DNA of 59,864 bases, filler included, from 8 parts of 8 records of this genome joined end to end with filler, not necessarily neighbours in it, one strand, 5' to 3'; shown: positions 1 through 9,781, numbered from the whole stretch's first letter. A program made the numbers and translations. The notes: a model not told the origin generated them from the letters alone.

Positions 1-110
1 AGCATGAAGACGCTTACCTCGTCTCCCTTATCAATACCAACATTGGCCAGTCTCATGGCGTTATAAATAGTCTCTCCATCGTCCGTGGAAATAATGAACA
101 GCACTTTCAT
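1..110 (-). CDS. DsrE/DsrF-family sulfur relay protein, N-terminal part (runs off window start)
   Basis: Not in ORF track. Manual translation from ATG at 110 gives MKVLFIISTDDGETIYNAMRLANVGIDKGDEVSVFM, which resembles the DsrE N-terminus. AAGGAG SD lies upstream. Confidence 0.75.
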   Translation of the reverse strand, partial: MKVLFIISTDDGETIYNAMRLANVGIDKGDEVSVFM

Positions 111-643
111 CAGCGAATCTCCTTTCTATTAATGGTAGAACACTCCTAATTTTAGAGGATCATCATATTATTTGTGTCCTTTGGATTTCAAGCGTTATTT
201 ATATGTTGAATCGGCCCCACATCAGAATCTTCGTTGCATTCTGGTCCAGGACCCAAAAGGCCAACACCCGCCGAGTATGTAATAAAATGGAAGCCATGAG
301 TTGGGGAACCCGTCCTTAACAGTATCATAATCAGGGTGGGCTAAAAACCACTCAGACGCTTGCCCAAGCATATAATGCCATTCTTCATATGGCTGTAAAT
401 CGGTTGGCGCTAAATCATCAAAATCCCATGGTTGCTGTCGTTCAACATAACGGTTGAACACCTCGGTCTTCTCACTGGAAAATTAATCCGCCAGATAGTT
501 TTCGGGTGGGTGTAATGCGGAAACGGTCCTCTTCCGATATGTTTTAAATCGAGCATCCTCTATCTCAATATCCGCAGAACCGGATGCAACCCCCACTAAA
601 AAAACGGTCACCCCATAATGGGAAACTGGCGTATTTTGCTATC

Positions 644-722
644 GCTTCGCCGACCAACATCCTTCTTTATCCTCTTACCCTCTCCTTCCTCCCCACATGG
701 GGAATTCCATGGTCGGCGAAGC
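644..722. repeat. 13-bp perfect inverted repeat flanking a pyrimidine-rich spacer
   Basis: GCTTCGCCGACCA (644-656) and TGGTCGGCGAAGC (710-722), with an inner TCCCCA-CA-TGGGGA palindrome. Confidence 0.7.
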
Positions 723-889
723 AATGGTGCCGTAATTTGAAAAAGTGTCTCAAATTTAATTGATCCCTGAGTGTCAAAATGGTAATTTTAGACAGTAAAT
801 TTTAATTACTTGAAAAATTACGAAATGGTATTTTCCGTTTTGGTGGCTCAGTTTTATAACAAACGCTTGTTGAATGAGAAGGAGACCAA

Positions 890-2275
890 ATGAAACCGGT
901 TCGGGAACTGATGAACCAGAACGAATTTTTGAAGGGGTTATTTTCAGCAATACCTTGCGGGGTGCTGATTGTTGACAGTGAGCGGAGGGTTCTTGTTGTC
1001 AACAGTGTCATTGAGCGTATTTTCGGCGTGTCCGATACGGCTGTGACGGGCATGAGCGGTGGGGAGGTGCTCCGGTGTGTCCATGTTCAAGACAGTCCGG
1101 ACGGTTGTGGTTTTGGTGATCATTGCCGGACTTGTCTGGTGAGAAAAACAGCCCTTGACGCCATCGGAGGCCGGCAGATTTACCGGAATCGGGCGGATAT
1201 GGAGTTGTTGGTCAAGGGAAAGCCCCGGAATGTGACACTTCTGGTGAGCGCAGCACCTTTTGATCACCAAGGAGAACGGTTGGCGGTGGTGGTCATGGAA
1301 GATATTACAGAGCTTTCAACCCTACGTGCACGTCTGAAAACGGAGCATTCTTTTGCGGGTATCATCAGTCAGGATGATCGAATGCTCGAACTGTTTGAAA
1401 CCATAAAGGAGATCGCTGATGTGAATATCCCGGTTCTCATACAGGGGGAAAGCGGAACCGGAAAAGAGTTGGTGGCATCGGCAATCCATAATGAAGGGCA
1501 GAGATCCACGGAACCGTTTGTGCCGGTTAATTGCGGTGCTTTGCCGGAAGGGCTTCTGGAAAGCGAACTGTTCGGCCATGTCAAGGGTGCCTTTACAGGC
1601 GCTGTAAGAGATAAAAAAGGCCGCTTTGAGTTGGCGCACCGGGGTACGCTATTCCTTGATGAGATTGGTGAGATGCCCAAGTCCGTGCAGGTTAAATTAC
1701 TGCGTGTTCTTCAGGAAGGAACTTTCGAACAGGTGGGGGGGGAGCGAACCCTGTCCGCGGATGTGCGCCTGATCAGCGCCACGAACCGAGATTTGAAAAA
1801 GGCGGTGGGCAATAGCAATTTTCGCGATGATCTTTACTACCGTATTAATGTGGTCCCGGTTTTTTTGCCGCCCCTAAGGGAGAAAAAACAGGATATTCCC
1901 TTGCTGACGGAACATTTTTTAAAAAAAGCCGGGGACGGGGGGCAGAAAAGCGGCGGGATTTCCAAAGATGCCATGGCCATTATGATCGATTATGCCTGGC
2001 CCGGAAATGTCCGTGAGTTACAGAGTGCAATCCGGTTTGCCCTGGTAAAATCACGGGGCCGGATGATACAGCCGGAGCATCTACCCCTTGAACTCAAATT
2101 GAGCGAAACCGGGCATCGTTCTCGTGGCCCCAAGCGAAAATTAAATGGGGCGACTGTGAGCAGAGCCCTCATCCAAAGCGGCGGTAATAAAGCCAAAGCC
2201 GCCAGAATTCTGGGAGTGGGCCGGGCTACCCTCTATCGATTCCTGTCGGACCGGCCGGACTTAATCTCTTCCTGA
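890..2275 (+). CDS. PAS-domain sigma54-dependent transcriptional activator (NtrC/Fis family)
   Basis: N-terminal PAS with Cys cluster, Walker A GESGTGKE, GAFTGA loop, LFLDEIGE, WPGNVREL and a C-terminal Fis HTH. Confidence 0.95.
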   Translation: MKPVRELMNQNEFLKGLFSAIPCGVLIVDSERRVLVVNSVIERIFGVSDTAVTGMSGGEVLRCVHVQDSPDGCGFGDHCRTCLVRKTALDAIGGRQIYRNRADMELLVKGKPRNVTLLVSAAPFDHQGERLAVVVMEDITELSTLRARLKTEHSFAGIISQDDRMLELFETIKEIADVNIPVLIQGESGTGKELVASAIHNEGQRSTEPFVPVNCGALPEGLLESELFGHVKGAFTGAVRDKKGRFELAHRGTLFLDEIGEMPKSVQVKLLRVLQEGTFEQVGGERTLSADVRLISATNRDLKKAVGNSNFRDDLYYRINVVPVFLPPLREKKQDIPLLTEHFLKKAGDGGQKSGGISKDAMAIMIDYAWPGNVRELQSAIRFALVKSRGRMIQPEHLPLELKLSETGHRSRGPKRKLNGATVSRALIQSGGNKAKAARILGVGRATLYRFLSDRPDLISS

Positions 2276-2329
2276 TTCAGCGGTTTATTTGCAGTTGAAG
2301 AGGGATGGAGGATAAGTATTTCTTCTTTC

Positions 2330-2370
2330 TTGACTTAGATCAATGTGTTTTCCCTGTTGCGGGCTATAAT
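2330..2370 (+). promoter_or_regulatory. Crp/Fnr (HcpR-like) operator and -10 box
   Basis: TTGA-CTTAGA-TCAA at 2330-2343 and TATAAT at 2365-2370. The spacing puts the site near -41, a class II activator position. Confidence 0.6.
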
Positions 2371-2468
2371 CCCGACAAATGCTGGTGCAATTAAGTTTGC
2401 CGTTGTGCAAAGTGTACCTAACTTTTAATAAAATGCAATCAGTTGAAAATTAATAAAGGGAGGATGTC

Positions 2469-3197
2469 ATGAAATGCCCGGGACAGGACAGTCAGTACTG
2501 GAAACCGGAGGCGGTTTTTGATGTCAAATGCCCAAAGTGTGGAAATGAGGTGGAGTTTTTTAAGGATGATCCCACACGGAAATGCGCAAAATGCGGACAC
2601 CGGTTTTTGAACCCGGATCTGGATTTCGGGTGCGCATCCTATTGCCAGTACGCGGAGCAGTGCATCGGAAACCTCCCTCCCGAACTCCTTAAGGACAAGG
2701 AGGATTTGTTGAAGGACAGGGTGGCCATTGAGATGAAACGTTATTTCAAGCAGGATTTTAAAAGAATCGGTCATGCCAGCCGCGTGGCCCGGTATGCGGA
2801 ACAGATCGGACGGGAAGAACAGGGGAATCTGGCTGTTATCCTCTCTGCCGCATACCTCCACGATATCGGCATCAAGGAGGCTGAAAGGAAATATAACAGC
2901 ACCGCCGCCCGGTACCAGGAGAAGGAAGGCCCACCCATTGCCAGGGAGATTTTAATCAAGTTGGGCGCTGCCGAAGGGATCATTGACGAGGTTTGCCATA
3001 TCATCGGCCATCACCATCATCCCGAAAAAGAGGAAACCGTTAATTTCAAGAGCCTCTTCGATGCGGATTTAATCGCCAACCTGGAAGAAGCGCAAAAACG
3101 GACCCCATCCGACGGAGAGAGATTGGGACCTAGCCCGGTAAAATCATTTTTGACGGATAGCGGCCGAAAACTTGCCGAAAAAATACTGGCAAAATGA
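2469..3197 (+). CDS. HD-domain phosphohydrolase with N-terminal Cys-rich (Zn-ribbon-like) region
   Basis: CPKC, CAKC and CASYC...C at the N-terminus; H...LHDIG...HHH...DAD HD motifs. Confidence 0.85.
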   Translation: MKCPGQDSQYWKPEAVFDVKCPKCGNEVEFFKDDPTRKCAKCGHRFLNPDLDFGCASYCQYAEQCIGNLPPELLKDKEDLLKDRVAIEMKRYFKQDFKRIGHASRVARYAEQIGREEQGNLAVILSAAYLHDIGIKEAERKYNSTAARYQEKEGPPIAREILIKLGAAEGIIDEVCHIIGHHHHPEKEETVNFKSLFDADLIANLEEAQKRTPSDGERLGPSPVKSFLTDSGRKLAEKILAK

Positions 3198-3215
3198 GCC
3201 ATAAGGAGAAAGTCC

Positions 3216-3926
3216 ATGAAAGTCATGCGTAAGATAATCGAAATAGATGAGGAACGCTGTGACGGGTGTGGTGAATGTGTGCCCGCCTGTGCTGAAGGCG
3301 CCATAGAGATATTGAACGGAAAAGCTCACGTGGTGGCGGACAAATATTGCGATGGGTTGGGCGCCTGCATGGGAGAATGCCCCAATGATGCACTCCGGAT
3401 TGTTGAGCGCGAAGCAGAGGATTTTGACGAAGAAGCGGTGGAACTGTATTTGAATGAAAAGGTGAAGAAGTCGGAGAAAACCCTTCCCACTGCCGGTTGT
3501 CCCTCCTCTCAGTTCCAGACGTCCATTCCCACGGGCGTGCAGGGCGGCCTGTCGAACCTCACCCACTGGCCGATTCAAATTCACCTGGTTCAGCCCCATG
3601 CCCCATTTCTAAAAAATGCGGATCTATTGGTTGCGGCGGATTGCACGACGGTTGCCTACGCCGATTTTCACCAGGATTATCTTAAGGGAAAGGTGGTCAT
3701 GATCGGTTGTCCCAAGTTTGATGATGTGGAAGCCTATATTCAGAAATTCACGGACATTTTTCAAGCAGTCGAGATTAAAAGCATCACGGTCCTCGTTATG
3801 GAAGTGCCCTGCTGTTCAGGATTGCCCGTGATGATCCAGCGTGCCATGGCTGCTGCTAAAAAAGAGATACCACTGGAAATCGTGGTGATCAGTACCCGTG
3901 GAGAGGTCTTGAAAAACAATAAATAA
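3216..3926 (+). CDS. 4Fe-4S ferredoxin-domain protein (type often found near hcp)
   Basis: CDGCGECVPAC and CDGLGACMGECP, plus C-terminal WPIQ, GCPKFDD and EVPCC motifs. Confidence 0.85.
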   Translation: MKVMRKIIEIDEERCDGCGECVPACAEGAIEILNGKAHVVADKYCDGLGACMGECPNDALRIVEREAEDFDEEAVELYLNEKVKKSEKTLPTAGCPSSQFQTSIPTGVQGGLSNLTHWPIQIHLVQPHAPFLKNADLLVAADCTTVAYADFHQDYLKGKVVMIGCPKFDDVEAYIQKFTDIFQAVEIKSITVLVMEVPCCSGLPVMIQRAMAAAKKEIPLEIVVISTRGEVLKNNK

Positions 3927-4085
3927 TCTTTTGGAAACCTTCAGGCCGCAGGTTAAAAAGGGATTTTTTATTGACTGGATGAGGAGGGAAATGTTAGGAG
4001 TCTTTTCGTCAATTTTTGTTTTTAGATGATTCCATGTCAGTTTGGAAGACGAGAAGACTCTGCTGAGATATGAGGAACGAATTTT

Positions 4086-4955
4086 ATGACGGCCTATTAT
4101 ACGCCCAGCCCGGAAGCGAAAATAGCGATTCAGGAAAAAACCGGTGCAAACGCCTTTCTCTGCTGGTCCTGTAGTGCCTGTGATTCGGAATGTCCGGTGT
4201 TCCTGGGGTCCAGTCGCTTGCGCCCTCAAAAGGTTCTGCGGATGGCGAATCTGGGACTTCTGGATGAATTGGTGGATTTGCCGGAAATCTGGTACTGCCT
4301 GGCATGCAAACGTTGCACCCGTTCGTGTCCCAATGACTGTGAGCCGGAAACGGTTGTTCGCTTTTTACGAAAAGAAGCGATTCGAAACCATCTGTTTTCA
4401 GAAGTAACCCTTTCGCGCTATAGAGAATTCTATGGGCGATTCCAACGGGTTCGGTGGCGAGCAGTTGAACAATGCCTGAAGGGTAATGATATTGAACCGG
4501 TTATCCGGTCCAGCTGGCAGGAGTGGTTGGAGAATCCCATTGATATTTCCAAAGAAGATGTATGCCTATCGGATTTGTCTCACACCCAAGGATTTTTGGA
4601 TGAGGCGGAGCGTTCGGCAACGGCTTCATGCTTTAATTGTTCGGAATGCACAAATGCGTGTCCCATCTGTTTTGAACGAAATGTTTTTGATCCCCAGTGG
4701 ATCTTTCGCATGGTCAATCTGGGACTTGAGAAAGAGATTCTCAAATCGCCCTCTATCTGGTTGTGTATCGCCTGTAAAACCTGTACGGAAGCGTGTAGCC
4801 AGTTGGTTTCGGGACATACCATAATACGGCAACTTCAGGAATTGGCGGTGAAAGAGAAGCTTGTCGATTCGGAATTCCCCTTTCGCTGGAAAAAAGCCCA
4901 GAGTCTCCTCTATCCCCTTTTTACGAAAGAGGTGGACGTCATATTCGGCTTTTGA
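4086..4955 (+). CDS. Tandem HdrC-like 4Fe-4S dicluster protein
   Basis: Two homologous halves, each CxxCxxCxxxCP...RMxNLGL...IWxCxxCxxCxxxC. Confidence 0.8.
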   Translation: MTAYYTPSPEAKIAIQEKTGANAFLCWSCSACDSECPVFLGSSRLRPQKVLRMANLGLLDELVDLPEIWYCLACKRCTRSCPNDCEPETVVRFLRKEAIRNHLFSEVTLSRYREFYGRFQRVRWRAVEQCLKGNDIEPVIRSSWQEWLENPIDISKEDVCLSDLSHTQGFLDEAERSATASCFNCSECTNACPICFERNVFDPQWIFRMVNLGLEKEILKSPSIWLCIACKTCTEACSQLVSGHTIIRQLQELAVKEKLVDSEFPFRWKKAQSLLYPLFTKEVDVIFGF

Positions 4956-5050
4956 CGGAATGACTCGGTTTTGAACCCGTAAATACTCGAATTCAAACCA
5001 CGGGCGGAAGTATAGGTTTGATGCTACGGCTGTTTGTGGTTGATTCAGAT

Positions 5051-5094
5051 AAAAGAGCGGGTCCTTTTATATTTCAGGAACCCGCTCTTTTTTT
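5051..5094. terminator. Bidirectional intrinsic terminator
   Basis: AAAAGAGCGGGT...ACCCGCTCTTTTTTT between convergent genes. Confidence 0.8.
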
Positions 5095-5102
5095 GTGGTG
5101 TG

Positions 5103-6836
5103 TTATCCCTTGATAATTCTCGGGAGCATCATGTGGTGGTGCGGACAGATGGAGGTGGGATTCTGGTACGCACAACCGGCAAAGGCCGCGATATATTTCC
5201 GGAGCATGGGATATGAAACGATTTCATCCACATAGCCCCTGTTGGCGCAGTAGATGGGCCTGGAATTATCATGATATTGCTGGGCCAGGTCGTTCATTTT
5301 GTCGATGACGGGCCCCAGGGGCCGGCCGGCATCCTTTTCCTTGACCAGCCGTCGTGCAAAGGAAGCGGCAGCGGCTGTTTCACCATGCATCACATAAATC
5401 TCGGTGGTGGGTGTTCCAAGGGTAAAGGCATTGTGGTTGTTGCTGGTGGGGCCTCCCATGATGTAATGGGCCGCCGCGGTTCCCTTCCTGAGGACAATGC
5501 AGATCTGGGGAACGTCCGTTTGCTCAATGGAATAGATGAGGGACTGACCGAGACCCAGAAGCTCCGCTTTTTCCGCAATATCTCCCACATCGATACCGCT
5601 TGTGTCTTGAAACCACACGATGGGAACCCGGTCCCGGCCGCAAAGGGTGACGAATTCATTCATCTTGATCAGGCCCTGGCGGTACAGTTTTCCGCCGATC
5701 CCGGGGTAGGGTGCGTATTCAGGGTATTTGGCGCCCAGAAAGCCCTGGCGGTTTCCGATGAATGCCATGAGGAATCCGTTGATTCTGGCCAATCCCGTAT
5801 AAACCTCGGGACCGTAGCCGGGCCGAAACTCCATGTGTTCGCTGTTGTCGAAGATACGGGCCATCATTTCGTCCAGGCTGTAGCTTCGCTTCTGGTTGAA
5901 GGCCACGATGCTGTTGATGTCTTCCCCTGAAAACTTGGGTTCTTTGGGTTCCGCCACCCTGAAAAAGTTGGGGTCATAGGCCGGACACATGTCCACATAT
6001 TTCTTGAGGGCATCCAAAACGCCCTCTTCGGTCTCATAAACCTCTTTAAAGAAGCCCGTTTCATTGAAATGAATGGGGACGCTACCGGGCGGCACTTCCT
6101 TGAAGTGACGCGTGGATTCGATCAACTGCTCGGCGCCTTCTTCATCAAACTTTCCCTTGGGACTCATGCCGCTGACGATGCCGCCACCGCCCACCGCGAT
6201 ATTGGCATCCTTGTGGGCCAAGAGTATGGTGGGGCTGATCCCCTGATATCCCCCGCCCGCCGGGTTGGTTCCGTAGATGCCGGCCAGGACGGGCACACCC
6301 ACCTTTTCCAACTCCGCATGGCGGTAGAAGGTGGTGCCGTTGCCACGCCGGTTGGCGTAGACTTCCTGCTGCTCCGGCAGTTTTACGCCGCTGCAGTTGA
6401 CGATCCACACCAGGGGGACATGCAGCCGCTTGGCCATATCCGTGACCCGAAGCTGATTGTCCGCCTGCCCGGCGATCCAGGCCCCGGCCATGACTTTGTT
6501 ATTGAAGCCGATGACCACGGCCCATTTTCCGTTGATCTTGGCCAGTCCGTCAATGACGCCGGTGGTCCCCTCTTCGTTGAACTGGGGATCATAGAGGGTG
6601 TGAAGCGGGCACCAGGTGCCCGGATCGATGAGGTATTCGATACGTTCCCATACATTCAGTTGGCCGCGTTTTTTAAGGATTTTTTCAGGGAGGCCTGCGT
6701 TTTTCACGGCTTCAACCGCCTCGGCCACTTGTTTTTCCACCCCTTTGATATCTTCCACGTTTTCCTTGGCGGCTTCCAGCTGTTTGTCGGTGAGAGGCTT
6801 GCCGAAAGGGGTCATTTCTTCGAAATAAGGTTTCAT
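5103..6836 (-). CDS. gcdA: Glutaconyl-CoA decarboxylase carboxyltransferase (alpha) subunit
   Basis: Two carboxyltransferase domains (NCSGVKLPEQ, GTNPAGGGY, GIGGKLYRQGLIKM, KGTAAAHY); directly downstream of the glutaryl-CoA dehydrogenase. Confidence 0.9.
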   Translation of the reverse strand: MKPYFEEMTPFGKPLTDKQLEAAKENVEDIKGVEKQVAEAVEAVKNAGLPEKILKKRGQLNVWERIEYLIDPGTWCPLHTLYDPQFNEEGTTGVIDGLAKINGKWAVVIGFNNKVMAGAWIAGQADNQLRVTDMAKRLHVPLVWIVNCSGVKLPEQQEVYANRRGNGTTFYRHAELEKVGVPVLAGIYGTNPAGGGYQGISPTILLAHKDANIAVGGGGIVSGMSPKGKFDEEGAEQLIESTRHFKEVPPGSVPIHFNETGFFKEVYETEEGVLDALKKYVDMCPAYDPNFFRVAEPKEPKFSGEDINSIVAFNQKRSYSLDEMMARIFDNSEHMEFRPGYGPEVYTGLARINGFLMAFIGNRQGFLGAKYPEYAPYPGIGGKLYRQGLIKMNEFVTLCGRDRVPIVWFQDTSGIDVGDIAEKAELLGLGQSLIYSIEQTDVPQICIVLRKGTAAAHYIMGGPTSNNHNAFTLGTPTTEIYVMHGETAAAASFARRLVKEKDAGRPLGPVIDKMNDLAQQYHDNSRPIYCANRGYVDEIVSYPMLRKYIAAFAGCAYQNPTSICPHHHMMLPRIIKG

Positions 6837-6858
6837 GGTTTCCTCCGATTATCTTCCT

Positions 6859-8022
6859 TTATCTGTTTGCTTTTCGAATGCCCAATTGATCCAGGGCAAT
6901 GATCATCTTACAGATATTGGTAGACCCCTCAACCAGTTGGTACGTGGGTGCGTCCCGGTAATAACGTGCCACCGGGTATTCCGTTGAATAGCCGTAGGCA
7001 CCCAGGATTTTCATGGCCACCTGGCTTGCCTTGACGGCAATTTCACCGGCCATGTATTTGGCCTGAGCCACTTCCAGGGTGTTGTTCAGGTTACCCTGGT
7101 CTTTCTGCCAGGCCGCCTTGTAAACCACCATGCGGGCCCCTTCGATCTCCGCGGTAATTTGCCCTATCAGGTCCTGGTTCATCTGAAACTGTCCGATGGG
7201 TTTCCCGAACTGCTCCCTTTCCTGACAATAAGCGGTGGCAGCATCCAGACAGGCCTGTGCCAAGCCGATGCCGCCGGCGGCGGCGGAAAGCCGGGTCTGG
7301 TTCAAGGAGCCGAAAACGATTTTGGCGCCGTCGCCGGGTTTCCCTAAGATGTTCTCTTTGGGAACCTTGGTGTCTTCCAGATAGATTTCACCGGTCGGCG
7401 ATGATCGGGAACCCATCTTATCCAGATCCGTGGTGGAAATGCCGTTGAAATTTTTGGGTTCAATCACGAATGCGGATAACCCTCTTCCCCTGGCGTCCTT
7501 GTCCGTATAGGCATAGAATATAAGGGCGTCGGCCACGCTGGTATTGGATATCCAGGTTTTTGAGCCGTTCAACAGCCAGTGATCCCCCTTGTCCTGTGCC
7601 GTGGATTTCATGGCCATCACGTCGGAACCGGCATTCGGTTCGGTAATGCCGAATCCTCCCATGTATTCGGCACTCACCAGTTTGGAGATGTATTTTTCTT
7701 TGAGTTCATCAGTGCCGTAGCGAAAAATGGTAAAAGCGCACCCCAGGGTCTGCATGTTGATCTGGACCCGAAGGGAGCTTGAAGCCCTTGCGATCTCCTC
7801 CGTGAGGATTATGGCCGCCAGCCAGCCCATTTCATTCCCGCCGTACTCCTCGGGGATGACGGTACCGAAAAAACCCAACTCACCCATGGGTTTGACGACC
7901 TCTTCATAGGGGAAATAGTGCTTCTCATCCCATTCATCCGCATGGGGGGCAATTTTTTCGGCGGCAAAATCACGCGCCATATCCCGGAGCATCTGCAGCT
8001 CTTCGCTTAACCCAAAATCCAT
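6859..8022 (-). CDS. acd: Glutaryl-CoA dehydrogenase, non-decarboxylating type
   Basis: Acyl-CoA dehydrogenase motifs (ITEPNAGSD, NGSKTWISN, REQFGKPIG, GAYGY). Val precedes the catalytic Glu (LVEG), as in the glutaconyl-CoA-forming enzymes of strict anaerobes. Adjacent to gcdA. Confidence 0.9.
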   Translation of the reverse strand: MDFGLSEELQMLRDMARDFAAEKIAPHADEWDEKHYFPYEEVVKPMGELGFFGTVIPEEYGGNEMGWLAAIILTEEIARASSSLRVQINMQTLGCAFTIFRYGTDELKEKYISKLVSAEYMGGFGITEPNAGSDVMAMKSTAQDKGDHWLLNGSKTWISNTSVADALIFYAYTDKDARGRGLSAFVIEPKNFNGISTTDLDKMGSRSSPTGEIYLEDTKVPKENILGKPGDGAKIVFGSLNQTRLSAAAGGIGLAQACLDAATAYCQEREQFGKPIGQFQMNQDLIGQITAEIEGARMVVYKAAWQKDQGNLNNTLEVAQAKYMAGEIAVKASQVAMKILGAYGYSTEYPVARYYRDAPTYQLVEGSTNICKMIIALDQLGIRKANR

Positions 8023-8383
8023 AAATGAACCTCCTTAATTGCAAATAAACTATGTTAAAATAATTTGATCGTTGAAAGCTGTAGCCCATATGAATATGGT
8101 AAGCTTTATATACCCAATAATGCTTTGATGTCACAAAGATTTCCAGCAGACCTCCAACCGACCATTCCAGTGTATATCTCTTACCGTATGAAAAAATAAT
8201 TGGCAACAGAAATATTCACATTGTAGCTACATTTTAACTTTTTGCTTTCAACCCTTCTCCGGTTTACCCGTCCGGATTTTCCACAGTTTTTTTATTTCCC
8301 CATTGACATTTACCTCAGAAGGTCCTAGAAAAGTGAAGCTATTGAGAATAACGGGTTAGAAGATAAACGGAGGAGGTTAATTA

Positions 8384-9682
8384 ATGGAGCCGCTAACCAT
8401 AAATCGAAAAGAGAGCAAACTAAGGGTTGCTCCGGAATGGGCGGACGTCTGCTTTACCTGCGGCACATGTGCAGGCGGATGCCCCATCACCGGCATTGAC
8501 GGCCTGGATCCAAGAAAGGCGGTGCGGATGGCCGCCCTTGGTTTGGACCAGGAGCTGATTGATTCACGTTTCCCCTGGATCTGTACCCTGTGCGGGCGCT
8601 GTGAATATGCCTGTCCCCAGGGGGTGGAAATTTTAAAAATGTTGCGTCGGGCCAGAACCCTTCGCGAACGGGACAAGGTCCCGGGTCCCATCCACAAGGG
8701 CGTGGCCATGTGTCTGGAAAGGGGAAACAACCTGGGTATTCCCGAGGATGATTTCCTGTTCCTTCTGGCGGATCTGTCCAAAGAAATGGAAGAAGATGAG
8801 GAGTTGCCGGGTTTTTATGCACCTGTGAATAAAAAAGGCGCCAATGTCCTGGTGACCGTCAATTCCAAGGAACCTTTTGGAGAACCGGACGACATGAAGT
8901 TTTGGTGGCGCATTTTTTATGCGGCCAGAGAAGACTGGACCACCACATCCACTGAATGGGAAGGGGTCAACTGGGGCCTTTTTTCAGGAGATGATGAATC
9001 CATGAAGGAGATAACCGGGCGGATTGTTCGGCATTTGGAGGAACTGGAGTGCAGTACGCTACTCCTACCCGAATGAGGCCACGCTTACTATGCGACTAGG
9101 CTTAGTCTGCAAACATGGTATCCCGAAGTATTTGATAAGTATAAAGTGGTATCCGTTCACGAGCTCTTAAAGGAGTACATTGAAACCGGACGGATAAAGC
9201 TTGATAAATCCATTCACGAAGAATTGACCACGGTTCATGATCCCTGTAATTACGGTCGAAAGAGCATGAAGGCCTTTGGCGAGGCTTTTTTTGAAGAACC
9301 CAGATGGATCACCCAGCAGTGCTGTGAAAATTATGTGGAAATGCACCCGAACCGCATGAATAATTTCTGTTGCGGCGCCGGCGGTGGCGCCTGGGCCATG
9401 CCCTATGAAGCGGAGCGGATCTACTACGGCCGCGTGAAAGCGGAGCAGATCATGGATACCCAGGCCAAGATGGTGATTGCACCGTGCCACAACTGCCGGG
9501 ACCAGATCATGAAAAGTTTGACCAAAGAGTTTGATCTTGGCATTGAAACCAAGTATATTTGGGAACTGGTGGCCGATTCTTTGGTGATGGATCCTTGGAC
9601 TGAAGAAGAGATCAAAAAGAGCAATGAACTGAAAGACGCCCAGTACGAAAGGGATGAAATTGACCTGGATGAGGGTTGGTAA
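8384..9682 (+). CDS. HdrD/GlpC-like Fe-S oxidoreductase with CCG domain, selenoprotein (Sec at TGA 9074-9076)
   Basis: ORFs 8384-9076 and 9146-9682 share a frame. Read-through gives LLLPE-U-GHAYYATRLSLQTWYPEVFDKYKVVSVHE, placing U at the Cys of the ECGH motif. Two 4Fe-4S motifs, HDPC, CCGAGGG and PCHNC are present. Confidence 0.9.
9091..9111 (+). promoter_or_regulatory. Putative bacterial SECIS hairpin
   Basis: TGC-GACTA-[GGCT]-TAGTC-T-GCA: 8-bp stem, bulged U and a G-led loop starting 22 nt after the UGA. Confidence 0.8.
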
Positions 9683-9716
9683 TAAGTCCCGTCATTCAAA
9701 AAGTTTGATTTTTTTC

Positions 9717-9754
9717 AAAAAAAAGCCCCCTTCATAACCGGGGGCTTTTTTTTT
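9717..9754. terminator. Bidirectional intrinsic terminator
   Basis: A-run + GCCCCC-loop-GGGGGC + T-run between convergent genes. Confidence 0.9.
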
Positions 9755-9781
9755 GTGGGAAGCATCCGCAAGGTGGAAATA

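Noticed and set aside
222-461. 79-aa minus-strand ORF
   Set aside because: No recognisable motif. It could be a decayed gene fragment, but I cannot support a call.
626-735. Possible sigma54 -24/-12 elements (TGGCGTATTTTGC; CGGCACCATTGC on the minus strand)
   Set aside because: GG-to-GC spacing is 8 and 7 nt, not the required 10.
5271-6902. Long plus-strand ORFs (219 aa and 277 aa)
   Set aside because: Antisense shadows of the GC-rich gcdA gene.
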